Source: Antedon mediterranea (taxonomy: Eukaryota; Animalia; Echinodermata). From it: a stretch of DNA of 64,000 nt. Below the pieces are notes generated by a model. It ran no database searches. It was not told where the DNA came from and was given only the letters and a program-made list of their open reading frames with translations. The DNA lies in contig NC_092680.1 in assembly GCF_964355755.1 (NCBI RefSeq), positions 12,533,045 to 12,597,044 on the forward strand, read 5' to 3'. The translations under genes and the position numbers were made by a program. Positions 49,801 through 62,440 of this stretch are shown in pieces; the first letter of the stretch is position 1; each line of letters starts with the position of its first letter.

Positions 49801-52800
49801 TAACTTCAATTTCTTGTCCATTGTTTTTATAGGTTTTAAAAAAAATTTAGATTTGGTGTATTTTTGCGTTAAATATTGAAACTTTATTAATGTTAAATTT
49901 GGACGAAATTGCATTTCTTTAAATGTTCAATGACCATTTGACCTACAATGATGTCAATATATGTTACGTTTTATTTTTTCACAATGAATATAACAATTAG
50001 GCAACCTACGCAGTACATATTAATACCAAAAATATGCAAATGTGATCACTAAATACAAAGTTATTAGGAAAAAATGTAACCCCTTACCCTATAATTGTTA
50101 ATAATAATACTATTAACAGACAGAATGTCCTCATAAATTCACAGAATATTTGTTTGTTAAATTCAATTTTCTTATTTATTGTGTCTATAGGTTTAAGAAA
50201 ACATTAGTTTGCATAAGATATCTTGTATTTTTGTGTTTAAAATTGAAATTTATAAGCTAATTTAGAAGAAATTGCATTTTTGATTAAAGGTTATTGACCT
50301 TTGACCTCTAAAAGACATCAATAGATGTTCGATTCATTTTTTAAAAGCATATTACAATAAAGAAATCCATACACTACATACTGATAACAAGAAAATGTAA
50401 ATCTGTTCACTAAATCTTAAGTTATTTGCAAAAACGTTACCCCCTATCCCATTATTGTCAAAGATAACTAATGACGAATAAGTTTCGTTATAATGCACAG
50501 CATATTCAATTTAGAAAAAATGTTAAATTCAATTTTCTTATTTATTGTGTCTATAGGTTTAAGAAAACATTAGTTTGCATAAGATTTCCTGTATTTTTGT
50601 GTTTAAAATTGAAATTTATAAGCTAATTTAGAAGAAATTGCATTTTTTATTAAAGGTCAGTGACCTTTTGACCTCTAAAGATGTCAATAAATGCGGGATT
50701 CATTTTTAAAAAGTATATTACAATTAGGCAATCTATACACTACATACTGATAGCAAGAAAATGCAAATCTGTTAACTAAATTGTAAGTTATTCGCAAAAA
50801 TGTTACCCCCTACCCCATAATTGTAAACGATTACAAATTACTAAAAACAACAAATTTCTTCATAATACACAGCATATTCATATTTTGTTAATCTTTAACT
50901 TCAATTTTCTTCTTTATTGGGTCTATATGTTCATGAAAACATCAGTTTGCATAACATCTATTGTATTTTTTTGTGTAAAAAACTGAAAGTTATAAGTTAA
51001 TATTAGACAAAAAATCATTTTTTACTAAAGTTCAATGACCTTCTGATCTCTAATGGCGTCAATAATTGTTGGATTTACTTAGAAAAATATTTTTCACTTA
51101 AGCAGTCTATACACTACATATTGATACCAAGAAAATGCAAATCTGTTTATTAAATCCCGAGTTATTAGCAAAAGTGTTAACCCCTACCCCAAAATTTTGT
51201 GGTGCATATTTTCCGTAGGCGGTGTTATATAATCCTAAAAAATTACTATTAAGCTGTACAATTGGCATTGCTATCATGGATTTCTGAAAAGTAGACATAT
51301 TAAGCTTTCCAAAAATGTATGGTAGCATTTGCCACCAATTTGATACTGCTTTCGCAAAAAACTGGACCTGGCCCATGGACTATGATCTTAACAAACAAAG
51401 TGGCTTATAATAAGTTTGATACGAAACCGTACCTCTGTATGTCTGAACAGGCTTTTAAGTATCATACAGTATTCCCACCTAAACAAATAAAATGTTAAAT
51501 AAAACCAAGTTTTCTGATGTTTAATTTATTGACTTTTATTGTATTTGAGCATTGTAATTTACCTTCATGAATATTCATAATTGTAAATATTTTGTCTTGC
51601 TATTCTAGATTTTACTAAAAGGTTTAATGCTGCTAGATCCAATGTTCCACAGGTATGAATGTTTTACATTATTAACTCTTGATAATGATACATTAAGCTC
51701 TCTCTACACTATCAAACTTTATGTGATAAAAAAAATGTGATGTTTCCATATATGGACACAATGATGTCATATCACTACCATACTTGGAAATATTACTACC
51801 ATATTTGGGTACACCACACTTTTTCAAACTAGTTAGTGATTCTGTAGACAGAGCTTTAGGGCTTTGTTTATCTATCTGTAGACATCAAAGAAAATGTTTG
51901 ATGTGATTATTGGCATCAGTTTGTTTTTGATTTATTAGAATTTATACACTAAATATATATAAATAATAATAAGTAGTAAAAAGATGAAATGATGAAATTC
52001 CAGGGGTCCTCAATAAGCTAGTTACAAATCATGTAAAATGATATAATTTGTATAAGTTTTGTATTAAATGTTACATTATTTATTGTTTTGATTGCAGCCC
52101 AATGCTCACCAACCAAACAAACAAAAGCAAAAGACACAGCATTATCAGGTATAGTCTGTCAAATATCTACTTAAATCTTGGAGCTATAAATAGCCCTCAT
52201 ACTTATTTATTTATGTTCATAAGAGGTGTAGTAAACATTAAGAAATACTTATTAATAATTCCTTTTGGTTATCCGCAACGAAGTTGCAGGATAACCTCTT
52301 GTGATTGTACGAAATCATCATCATCTTTTTTGTCATCTTCTTTCTTTCTGTATGATTTTTGTGTAACGCTTTTCTCTAAAACTTGCAAACATAACATTTT
52401 GTTAACTATGTTAACATTTTGACATTTATGTAACGTCGTCAAGCGAAGCTTTTCATGATTTTTACAATTGCGCAACGCGACGTACGCGCGATTTAACGAT
52501 TTTCTTGTATTTAACATATGTCGAAAACCAAATAACATTTTAAAGTGAAACTTTGCAAAAGTTTAATTTATATCATGCGCTAACTGTCTGTTGAAAAAAA
52601 ATTGCGTGTTTTACACAAAGTTACGCGCGCACGCGCATTTAAAATTTCAAAATGCGCAAAATTAATTTCTAATCAACTTTCTACGCGTTTCATGTCGTTT
52701 TAAGCATGTAAAAAATTCCCACGCGTGCGCAAATTTTTACGTGTGCGGTGTGCACGTAGCATTAAAAACAAATTTTTTCCGCGTGATTTATGTTTTTCCA

Positions 52801-55800
52801 GCCTTTTATAGTAATGTTACCAACTTTTAAACAATTTCGACTTAAAGTAACGTCATACGAGCACGTCGAATTGGCCAATTTGCGCGTGTTTTTGATGAAA
52901 AAGTTAAAAAAATCGTCAAAATTATGCCTTTTTTTAAACAGTCGTAATTTCTAAACTGCACGGTCAACTTTTTGTGGATGACATTTTCTGGAAGTTGATG
53001 AGTTGTAGATATCGGATCATGTATTAATATGGCTAACCGGACATTGTGGCGTCATCGTGTGGCCACGCGAATATAAAATTTAGAATTTTTGTATCTTTCG
53101 TCATAGCTCATCACATTTAATAGAGCGCATCTCCACTTATTCGTTTTCCATTTTCACCCCGATTTTTATATTGTCTAGTTCAATCAACTATCTTTCGCAT
53201 GAGTGAAAAATATTTTAATTTTTATGACGTGATCATGCCTAAAAATTTAAATTACGTGTGGCATTAATTTCATCTTTACAGTAAATTTCAATCTGTTATA
53301 GCTCGTAAGAATAAAATGTGATAATCACGATTAAAACTTTTTCTGGAAGCTATTGGATTGTAGATAAGAAATTATGTAAAAATGTTGCCAATCGGATGTT
53401 GTGACGTCATCCTATGGCCAGTTAAATAAAAAAGGTCGTATTTTCATCTTTTGCGTCATAATTCATTACATTTAAAAGAGCGCGCATCAATATTTCACAT
53501 ATTCAAATTTCTTCTACACGCTAATACGTTGTTGCTGAGATAATTTCCTTTCGGAATTGCTAACTTCGCGTTTCATTTTAAAACCGTCAACATGTTAAAA
53601 ATTGCAATAAATAGCGGGTCCCGTAATTTCACCTATTCTACACTGTATGTGATATGGATACAGATTATACTGTGTATACTATATATGAATTTAAACAATA
53701 AAATTCAGCAATAACAACATATCATATTCTTCAGTTCAGGTCATAATGCCAACGTGAACACTTCCTTTTGTCCTCAACCTATCCCCTTAATGTTAATGTT
53801 GCACCACTTGCGCGGCGGATAACCAAACTCGTCAAAGTGACGAGTTACATGTCTAGTTGTGATAAGTATTATTTTGTTCTCAACAATGAAATTGAAACCA
53901 CAAACATACAGTAGATATATCTGATAACAAATCAGATTAAATGAAAGTTTCAATTACATAATGGACCTTGTCAAAATTATTTAACTGCAGTTATTGCAAT
54001 AACTACATTTTTCTATTTTCTTTCCTATTTATTGGCATAACAATATACACTGTTTACTACAGTGACTCACCATACGATTTAATCACGCCGTGGCTAAAGA
54101 TACGGTAACGTATCCTAACTTCCGTCTACTAAAGGTACGGTAAAATTGCATTACGTCATAATCAGCCAATGGGGTGCTGGTACGCGTGTGATGTCATCGT
54201 ATAAGGACAAGATCATGGGTTGGTGGACGTTACATAAAGCGTTTAAAACATGCACTCAATCTCAAATATTATTTCATTATACAACATTATACACTACACT
54301 ACAGTAGAAATATGTTGATAGCCGAATTAGAAGTAAAGGAATTATAATTCAATGTTGGAAATTGTGTTGCGTCAAAGAATATATATTCTTTGGTTGCGTC
54401 GAGTTCATTCGTCCATAGTTAATATGAGGGTTTTATTTTTATTCCAAATGGCCTATTTAGGCCTATATTTTTTAATAAACTTTGTTTACAGATGGTGACC
54501 ATAAACAAAAAGCAAATGCGGACAATAAAGGGGCCCTCAAATACTATGATTTAGACAATAGGCCTAGCCCCAGGTCTTAGTCACAGAAATCAGCGCACAC
54601 ATGCAGCTGTCCCCAGCCTGGCAAACAAACTCATATACCGAGGCTATAGGTTATAGCATGGTTATATTACGTAGTAGGCGCATCTTTTGAAACGGTAAAT
54701 TTCTGTATTCTAGAATTAAAATTAACATGTTTTGGCCTATCAATAATAACAGACATACATTTTAGTATTTGTCACACGACGGGGATATTTTATAATAGCG
54801 CTAAATGAAGCATAAAGAAAATGTTAAGCCGCCAGTTGATCACTGTTTTTATTTCGCGATATGAAAAAAAATCCCAAGTCCTTATACGATGACGTCACAC
54901 ACGTACCATTGGCTGATTATGACGTAATGCAATTTTACCGTACCTTTAGCAAACGGAAGTTAGGATACGGTACCGTATCTTTAGCCACAGCGTTTAATCA
55001 AACCTAAAAATTGTACATTATAGTAGTAAAATGTGTAGGTACTGTAGAAGAATAATTTTTACATGATGATGAAAATACTGGTTGCAAAATACCAACTACT
55101 GTACAATATTTATAATTGAGGTTTTTTTACACAATGTTATGTTTAATATTGTATACTATAATCTTTTCTAGCCACACGAAAAAAACTTTCAGAAATTTGT
55201 CAACAAAATAAAAGTTGAACGTTATGAAGGGCCAGCACTACCAGGCTCTGCCTCAAATCAACTTCTGCGTAACAGCAAGAAACAAGAGACAGGAAGGTAA
55301 ACAGACCATCAAACAAACAACATTACTAAGCTTTTATTATTAATATAGAAGAATTCTAATGTGTGTGACGGTATATAGAAATATACATATTAAGGGAATA
55401 TACTCCTAGGCTTAAATACAGTTACAATTGAAATTGTAGACAGCTTGAATGCATTACATTTAAAGCTCTGTCTACACTATAAAACTTTATGTGACAAAAA
55501 AATATGAAAGATATGCCCATATATGGACACGATGACATATCACTACCATATTTGGGCACACTTTTTTTAATCTAGTTTGATTAGTGTAGACAGAGCTTTA
55601 TGTAAGAATTTTGCAAGACTTAAATCCCTTACTGTGGACCTGCACTAAATCTGCATTTGAACAAATAATAAATTAAGTTAAAAACTGACAATCTAAGTTT
55701 AAAAACTAACAATCTAAGTTTAAAAACTAACAATCTAAGTTTAAAAACTAACAATCTGGCATCTTTTTACAGAGTAAGAGTAAAAGAAAAAGCTGACAGG

Positions 55801-58800
55801 GCTACTGTTGAACAGGTAAATTGATACAATTACAAGTATGTTGTTACAGTAATACAGTTATTATCTATTATCAAGTATAATCCCACCCCTAATTTGAACT
55901 AAATTATACTTTGGCAAATTCTATAATAATGCTCAAACTCAGGCTAATCCAAACTCAGGTTGACCCTAACTCAGACTAATCCCATCTCAGGCTAATCCCA
56001 CCAACTAATTGTATCAACATTTCATTTACTTTAATAACATTTTGACTATAAAACTCTCTCCCAATACCTGACACCAATAATAATTTTCTAGTATTCAGGA
56101 AAGTATGGTATTTTAAATATGTTTTTAATGGAAAAAACCCTTTTGAACGTCAAAAAATCTGGTTATCTGGTATTATCTTGTTTCTGGTTTGAGTATTGTG
56201 CCAGTCCAGTATTGAGCAAGTTGACTGTAAATAAAAGTAATGTATGTCCTCTTATTTATTATGATCATATTATATTCATACCAGGTCCTTGATCCAAGAA
56301 CTCGTATGATTCTGTTTAAAATGTTGAGTCGTAATGTGATTAGTGAGATCAATGGGTGCATTAGTACGGGCAAAGAAGCTAATGTGTACCACGCAACGAC
56401 AAGCGACGGACATCACAAAGCAATCAAAGTAAGACTTTTCAAGTTGTTTAAAGGTTCGCATCGCAAATAAACACTCCACTTTGTGGTACAGCATGCGTTT
56501 CCAGAAAGGTAATTAAAATGCAGTGGTGGATCCAGCACTACGAAAGATGAAGACGTGGGCCCGGGGCCTAAAAATGCTAAAATGAAATGCCGAAGTTGAA
56601 TTTGTCAATAGAAAGAGTCAATACTAAATAACAATATTCTCCTCTTAAGTATGTCCTACCTACCCTCACAAACTAATATTAAACCAAGTATTTAAAATAT
56701 ACATTTTACAGGTATATAAAACATCTATTCTAACGTTTAAAGACCGTGATAAATATGTGAGTGGCGAGTACCGATTTCGTCATGGTTACTGCAAACATAA
56801 CCCAAGGAAAATGGTTAGAACGTGGGCAGAAAAGGAGATGAGGAATCTAACGAGGTTAGATTTATTAATCAATGTTGTTTTTTTAAACCACAAGTTCATA
56901 ATATGTTTTTTTTTAAATAATAATGATGTTAAGAGAATTGTTATACTGGATTATTTATTTGTATTATAATTGTAATAATAAGGTCAAAGTTGTTGAATAA
57001 AGTTTGTTTGGCAAAAAAGTGTGATGTGCCCAAATATGGTAAGGATATGACATCATCATGTCCATATATATATATCACATTTGTTTGTAACATAAAGTTT
57101 GATAGTGTAGACAGAGCTTTACAGTGCATTACATATTATATATCAATTAGCAATTAGTTTTAGGATTAAATTGAATTTTAATAAATGTTAAACAATCATC
57201 ATCATTAATCATGATCAACAGTGAATGTGAACCTACCTATTAATTACCTCCGCCAAGGAGGTTATGTTTTCACCCCTGTATGTTTGTTTGTGTTTGTGTC
57301 TGCCTGTCTGTGAACAGCCTGGAGGCCACAGTTTTCATCCGAATCTGGCCAAATTTGGCCACAATGATCTATGCCCCAAAAGCTCGGACGAGTTCGACTT
57401 TGAGGGGTAAAGGTCATAGTTCAAGGTCACAACTAACAAAAAACTATTTTACTGCCTAGAGACCACAGTTTTTATCCGATTCTCACCAAACTTAGCCACA
57501 ATGATCAATGACTCATCATATACTTGTGGTTAAATTTGGAAGGGTCATGGTCAAAGATCAAGGTCCACAAAAAAAAAGAAATAAAAAAATAATTAAAAAA
57601 AAAAACCTCAGCAGGACTTGAACCAGCGATCTCAACTGTGAGAGGCTGGATACATAACCATTACACCAAACTCTCATCCACAACTTTGTAGTGTCCAGTT
57701 AGCCTATTTACACTTACAACTAATAAAAAAAAATTTTAAAAAATATATAGGCCTAGGCCTATATTTTCCGAGGACATTTTATGTAGGGGAATTTTACAGT
57801 AGGCGGAGGTTTGTACTCTCGGAGTACCCTCTAGTTTATTCAATTTCTGAATGAATAGCCTGTTTTAGTGTTGTTAATTACATATGACCTTTTTTGCAAT
57901 GTATTTTCAATGAATAATCACTTCCTGTAGGTTACACAATGCAGGGGTAAATTGCCCTCAGCCAGTCATCTTAAGAAGTCATGTATTAGTTATGGAGTTT
58001 ATTGGCATTGATGGATGGTGAGTTATCCAGCAGTTGTCACTTTAAACATTTTACAATTTTTATGCAATTTCAGGCAGAGTTTAAATTTCTTTTTTAAACA
58101 ATTTTTATTGCATACCTGGTATGCCATTGAGAAAAAAAAATAGAAAAAAAAATATTTACATGAAAACACTGTAATTTAAGGCAAAAAGTAACCATGTGTT
58201 AAATTTAACCATTAATATGTCTTCTAATAAGGGAAATAAATATAAAATACCATGAATAATGGCAAAATGGTTTCTCTTTTCAGACTAAAAATATAATTTG
58301 TTTTCCTTTACAGGCCTGCTCCATTATTAAAAGATGTACCCTTGTCTGAAAGCAAGTCTCGTGAGCTTTACTTAGACTGTGTTTACATGGTACGAAAGAT
58401 TTACCAAGAGAGTAAATTAGTTCATTCAGATTTAAGTGAATTTAACATGTTGTAAGTGTAATATTTTGTCTTCAAATCTTGATTTATTTTACTTTCATGA
58501 ACACAAACAGAATGTTTTTTGATGTATAACTGTCTTTAAATCAGTGTTTTATATAGGTCATGATATATTAACGTCCACCATTTTGTATGGAGCATCACTC
58601 CATTGAACCTGTTGCCATCGTATTTATCTAATCTTGGCAATCTAGTTTATGAATTAATTATGGTCTCACAATTATTTGTAGATTTCACATGTTATGTATT
58701 TGCGATCAATCAGTGGCTCTTTTAGTTTTTGCTTCTATGTGTACTTTTATCTTTCTCTTTTAGATATTGTAACGATAAAGTTTACATCATTGACGTATCG

Positions 58801-61800
58801 CAATCGGTGGAGCATGACCATCCTCTTGCACTGGAATTTTTACGTAAAGACTGTACAAATATTACAGGTGATTGTGTAATATAGCTAAATGAGTAGGATT
58901 ATTACCAACCCATTAAATATGTATTGTCCCCCAAAAACATTAAAAATGTTTAATAAAAAAGCCTTTAAATAAGCCATTTCACAGTTTTAATAAAGTTAAT
59001 AAATTTTGTAGAAAAAAATGTGAAAACAAAAATGTTTTCACTTTATAAAAAGACAAAATAGATGGTTAAATTCAACCACAAAAACCTAGTCAATTTGACT
59101 ATTTTTTGTTTAAAATTATAGTTTTTCCTGAAAACTATTATATGAAATTAAAATGGCATATTCAACAAAAACATTTAAACAAAATTATTTTTTCAGGGGG
59201 ACAATATATCTTGAGCTATATTTTTCTTATTCATTATGTTTATATTTGTACTTTTGTACAACAGATTTCACCCACTTTAATTCACCATACAATAAATGAC
59301 GTCATTGATATCCTATTAGAAATTCATTCATTCTTCTTGTACCTAAATATTAAATATAATAAGTAACTATCATCAACCCAACCCTTAATACTATGGTATT
59401 ACTTGTAATCAGTTATGGTTGAATGCATATTGTTCAGTCAATAATTGTGTTATAAAATAACAATTAACTTGTTTTTCATCCACTCTATTTTATCATACAA
59501 TAAATGACGTCCCTGATATCCTTGAGAAAACATTGTGGTCACAGTTGAAATCACAAACATTCCAACCAATCAATTTTTAATTTTTTTCTATCCTTTTTTT
59601 TTAATGTTTTTAAACCAGTTTCAATAACTTTTTTTTGTTTTATCTGGTCAAGATTTCTACTGTATACATTGTGTGTATCTTATTTTTTACCAAATTCATC
59701 CATTTCATATTGTTTTTTTACATTTTTTTCAACAGAATTTTTCCGTAAAAAGGGTGTCTGTACAATGACAATGAGGGAGCTGTTTGATTTCGTAACTGAT
59801 CCTAATATTAACGCAAATAATGTTGATGATTATATAGAAAAGGTAATACTCACTCTCTGTATACATGGAATTTATGTAATTGTCTGAAAGTGATATGATA
59901 AGACCCTGAAAAAAGTATTTGAATCTGTATTCTCCTCAGCTCTTAAGCTCTGTCTACACTATTAAACTTTATGTGTAAACAAAATGTGATGTGTCCATAT
60001 GGACATGATAATGTCATAACACTACCATATTTGGGCATATCACTACCATATTTGGACACTTTTTTTGTCAACCTAGTTAGATAGTGTAGACAGAGCTTAA
60101 CAAATAATAGTAATCATAATTGATGACCCTGTTTTCCAATTTATTCTTAACTTGGACAACATAAATATTCTTTTTTATTTTTTAACGGTAGTGACACTAA
60201 TATCCCAGGCTTCTTTTGAAGTTGATAATGAACTTCTCTGGAAATTATTACATTTTATTATATTTTACAGGCAATGAAAATTGCATCTGAACGGTCAGAG
60301 AACGAACCCACAGAACAAGAAAAAGTAGACGAAGGGGTAAGCATATTTCTCTAGTTTAATCATGGAGAAATAAGTTACTTAGTTTAATGTATTTTCTGTT
60401 GTAGAGAAAAAGAATGTTACGGTTTATCCTTTTGATAGGCCTCTCGAAATTCACAGTATGTGTTTTAAAAAATGATATATTTCATAAAAAAAAAAAATTC
60501 TAAGTACTGTATTTAACTCCACTTTAACTTTAAAATCTTAACATATTCAACTTTGAATACACCACTTACATATGTGTTTATTCTCTTGTTTGTCTATTTT
60601 GTCTGTATATGTATCTACTTCAACTATAGAGTATTACGGTGCTGAGTCACGATCAAAAATGCGTTCAGCCTGCCTTAGTGACTCCAAGGTCACCAATGGT
60701 TTGGAATAGGCTTATTGAAGTAGTCATTTTAAAACTTAATAATGTTTTATAAAAACAAACTAAAATTTCAAAAGATCACTAAATATTTAATAATCTATTT
60801 ATTCTTCATCTTCAGTTTAAGTTAAAAAAAATCAAGCTAATATACATAATTTGATAGAAATACAGATCTTTACTGTTTACATAGTAGCGCTAAACACATT
60901 TTTTGGTTTGATAGCAACCATGCAGCGCCCTCTATCATTGTGACGTCACACCATATATATATTCATATATTTAATGATTGTTTGGTGCCCTCTACAGGTG
61001 TTCAAACAGACGTACATTCCAAGAACCCTTGATGAAGTAGAAGATTACGAGAAACACATCCTAAAAATACAAGAAGGTGGAGCAGGCGAAGAGGTTAGAA
61101 TAATATTATTATAAATAAATAAAACAATAAGAAAGTGAAACAATGAACTAAGATAGTGACAATATTTGAAGATAAAAATATATGATGTACATGAGTTTGG
61201 ACAAGATGTTTAGTGTAGTTTCAAATGGAAATTAATAATATTTAATAACACTACAATTACAATGTTTTTCTTTTCTTTTCTGATATTTTACAGTACAATG
61301 TTATCCTTTTTTTCAGATATATTACAGTACATTAACTGGAATGAAACCAGACTTAAGTGGTGTACAACAGGTAAATCACTATTAGCCACCAAATCTCAAC
61401 AAACCTCTTAGATATTTTGCTTTTTATATTACCCTAGTAACGGCTAAGAAATGGTTTTAATTTTTTCAAATGCATTTAAACTAATGGTTTAAAATCCAGG
61501 GGACATTTTGTGAACGCTCGCAATTTGAATGTGTATATACTTTTCAAGTTAAACAATGAAATTAAGCAATATTTGATCAGATTTTGATATTCTTATTTTG
61601 GCAGCAACCAGCACTGTTATCAGAACAAACAAATGAAGAAATTGACGATAGCGACACCGGTAGTAGTGATGATGAGGAGAGCGAGGGCAGTTTAACAGGA
61701 AGTAGACAAAGTCATAAACACCAAAGATCAAGAGATGAGTCACCAAATACTAAAAAGGTCAGTTACTGTCAAGAAACTCAATTCTGATTGCACTTATTTT

Positions 61801-62440
61801 TACGGTTCACGGTTTTATGTAACTCCTCATTTAAAGCTCTGTCTACACTATCAAACTTTATGTGACAACAAAATGTGATGTGCCCATATATGGACATGAT
61901 GACATCATATCACTACCATATTTGGGCACAAACTAGTTTGATAGTTTAAACAGAGCTGTAGTTTTAGCTAAAAACTGTTTCTCTCAAATGGCCAAATAAT
62001 TTAAATCAAGGTTTAATTTGAAATCCTTTTATTATATAATACATATATATAATTTTAAATTGTATTTATTGATCAGCTTTGGCTAGATGAACCGCCCTCA
62101 TAAAATGTAGTTAAAATAAATAAAAAGTCGTTAATAGAGTTGAAAAAGTGATGAGGCAAGCCTAAATGTTCTGAATTTTGTAATAATTTAAGTAATTATG
62201 TGTTGTGGATAAATTACAATTTTAAAGAAAGTTGTGCCACGTGTTAGCTAGCTACGACCTTGAAATAATAATTATTTTTTATTCTGTAATAAATTTTGGC
62301 TAATATTTAAAACCTATTTTTAGGAAAGAAAACAAGCAGTTAAAGATGAAAAGCGTGAAAAGAGGAAAACTAAAGTACCTAAACATCTGAAAAAACGAAA
62401 AGAGAAGCTTTCAAGAATCAACAAAGGTGGCAAAAAGTAA
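22877..62440 (+). CDS. RIOK1: Serine/threonine-protein kinase RIO1, 18 exons, 545 aa
   Basis: Exons 22877-22914, 40739-40776, 45594-45683, 51609-51652, 52098-52148, 55172-55296, 55773-55815, 56285-56428, 56712-56854, 57931-58017, 58314-58451, 58764-58867, 59736-59842, 60271-60336, 60998-61093, 61317-61370, 61605-61757, 62324-62440 (1638 nt, phases consistent). Motifs [69 protein letters not shown], basic C-tail [12 protein letters not shown]. Exons 1-5 are less certain than 6-18. Confidence 0.93.
23180..24960. mobile_element. MITE-like element with ~160-bp inverted repeats
   Basis: 23175-23342 (CATTTCGGCCGCCGGTTATGGAA...GAATAATAGACGTG) is inverted relative to 24785-24952. Exact ends and TSD were not resolved. 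Confidence 0.65.
25998..26512. mobile_element. Kolobok-type MITE
   Basis: TTAA|AGATGTATTGTCCCT...AGGGACAATACATCT|TTAA. Related ends at ~6137-6153, ~13148-13165 and 58913-59212. Confidence 0.75.
29331..29982. mobile_element. MITE with CAGGCCC TIR and 5-bp TSD (hAT5-like)
   Basis: CAAAG|CAGGCCCATATGCAG ... CTGGATACGGGCCTG|CAAAG, with G-rich subterminal GGGGGGTGCG motifs. Confidence 0.7.
30585..30935. repeat. ~150-bp tandem duplication (~2.3 copies) in a transposase intron
   Basis: TAAAAACAGTAATTGAG recurs at ~30585, 30740 and 30891. Confidence 0.85.
32187..36234. mobile_element. Non-autonomous Academ fold-back element, copy 1 (arms ~1.6 kb)
   Basis: TAGAC...GTCTA termini with 3-bp TSD TTA. 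Arms ~32187-33781 and ~34565-36234. Decayed XPG-like/CXC coding: [53 protein letters not shown]. Confidence 0.9.
32920..33420. repeat. ~75-bp minisatellite inside the Academ arms
   Basis: AAATTACCTGCCATCAATATGATGGATTATGATT... repeated about 6 times. Mirrored at ~34935-35525, ~41690-42190 and ~43700-44215. Confidence 0.9.
36503..37763 (+). mobile_element. Non-autonomous Helitron
   Basis: Starts TC, ends CTAG, inserted between A and T without TSD. 3' hairpin GATGGTACGC..GCGTACCATC. Removing it restores the LINE reading frame. Confidence 0.9.
40963..45398. mobile_element. Non-autonomous Academ fold-back element, copy 2 (RIOK1 intron 2)
   Basis: TAG...CTA termini with 4-bp TSD AACA. Near-identical to and co-oriented with 32187-36234. 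Confidence 0.9.
44219..44697 (+). mobile_element. Internal reverse transcriptase fragment of a second LINE family
   Basis: [33 protein letters not shown]...[12 protein letters not shown] (degenerate YADD). It interrupts the right arm of Academ copy 2. Confidence 0.8.
45883..51382. mobile_element. 5.5-kb Academ-type fold-back element with ~370-bp tandem repeats in both arms (RIOK1 intron 3)
   Basis: TGA|TAGTCCATGGGCCAG...CTGGCCCATGGACTA|TGA (3-bp TSD). GGGGTAGGGGGTAAC units at ~46066, 46438, 46803, 47160, 47548, and inverted at ~49708, 50078, 50438, 50805, 51180. Confidence 0.88.
47945..48053 (-). mobile_element. tRNA-derived SINE head
   Basis: Minus strand GGAGCTGTAGCTTGGTGGTT (A box)...GGTTCAATCC (B box), without a full cloverleaf. 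Confidence 0.55.
52268..53856 (+). mobile_element. Helentron/DINE-like element, same family as 16513-19688
   Basis: GTTATCCGC 5' end, homologous body, and 3' GCGGATAAC..AACTCGTCAAAGTGACGAGTT..CTAG. Confidence 0.85.
54086..54992. mobile_element. MITE with ~120-bp TIRs and 8-bp TSD
   Basis: TTTAATCA|CGCCGTGGCTAAAGATACGGT ... ACCGTATCTTTAGCCACAGCG|TTTAATCA. Superfamily not determined. Confidence 0.8.
57246..57834 (+). mobile_element. Helentron-type element containing an antisense tRNA-like segment
   Basis: ACCTCCGCC / GGCGGAGGT subTIRs, ACTCTCGGAGT hairpin and CTAG end. The minus strand of 57606-57668 reads TGGTGTAATGG...GGTTCAAGTCC. Confidence 0.78.
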
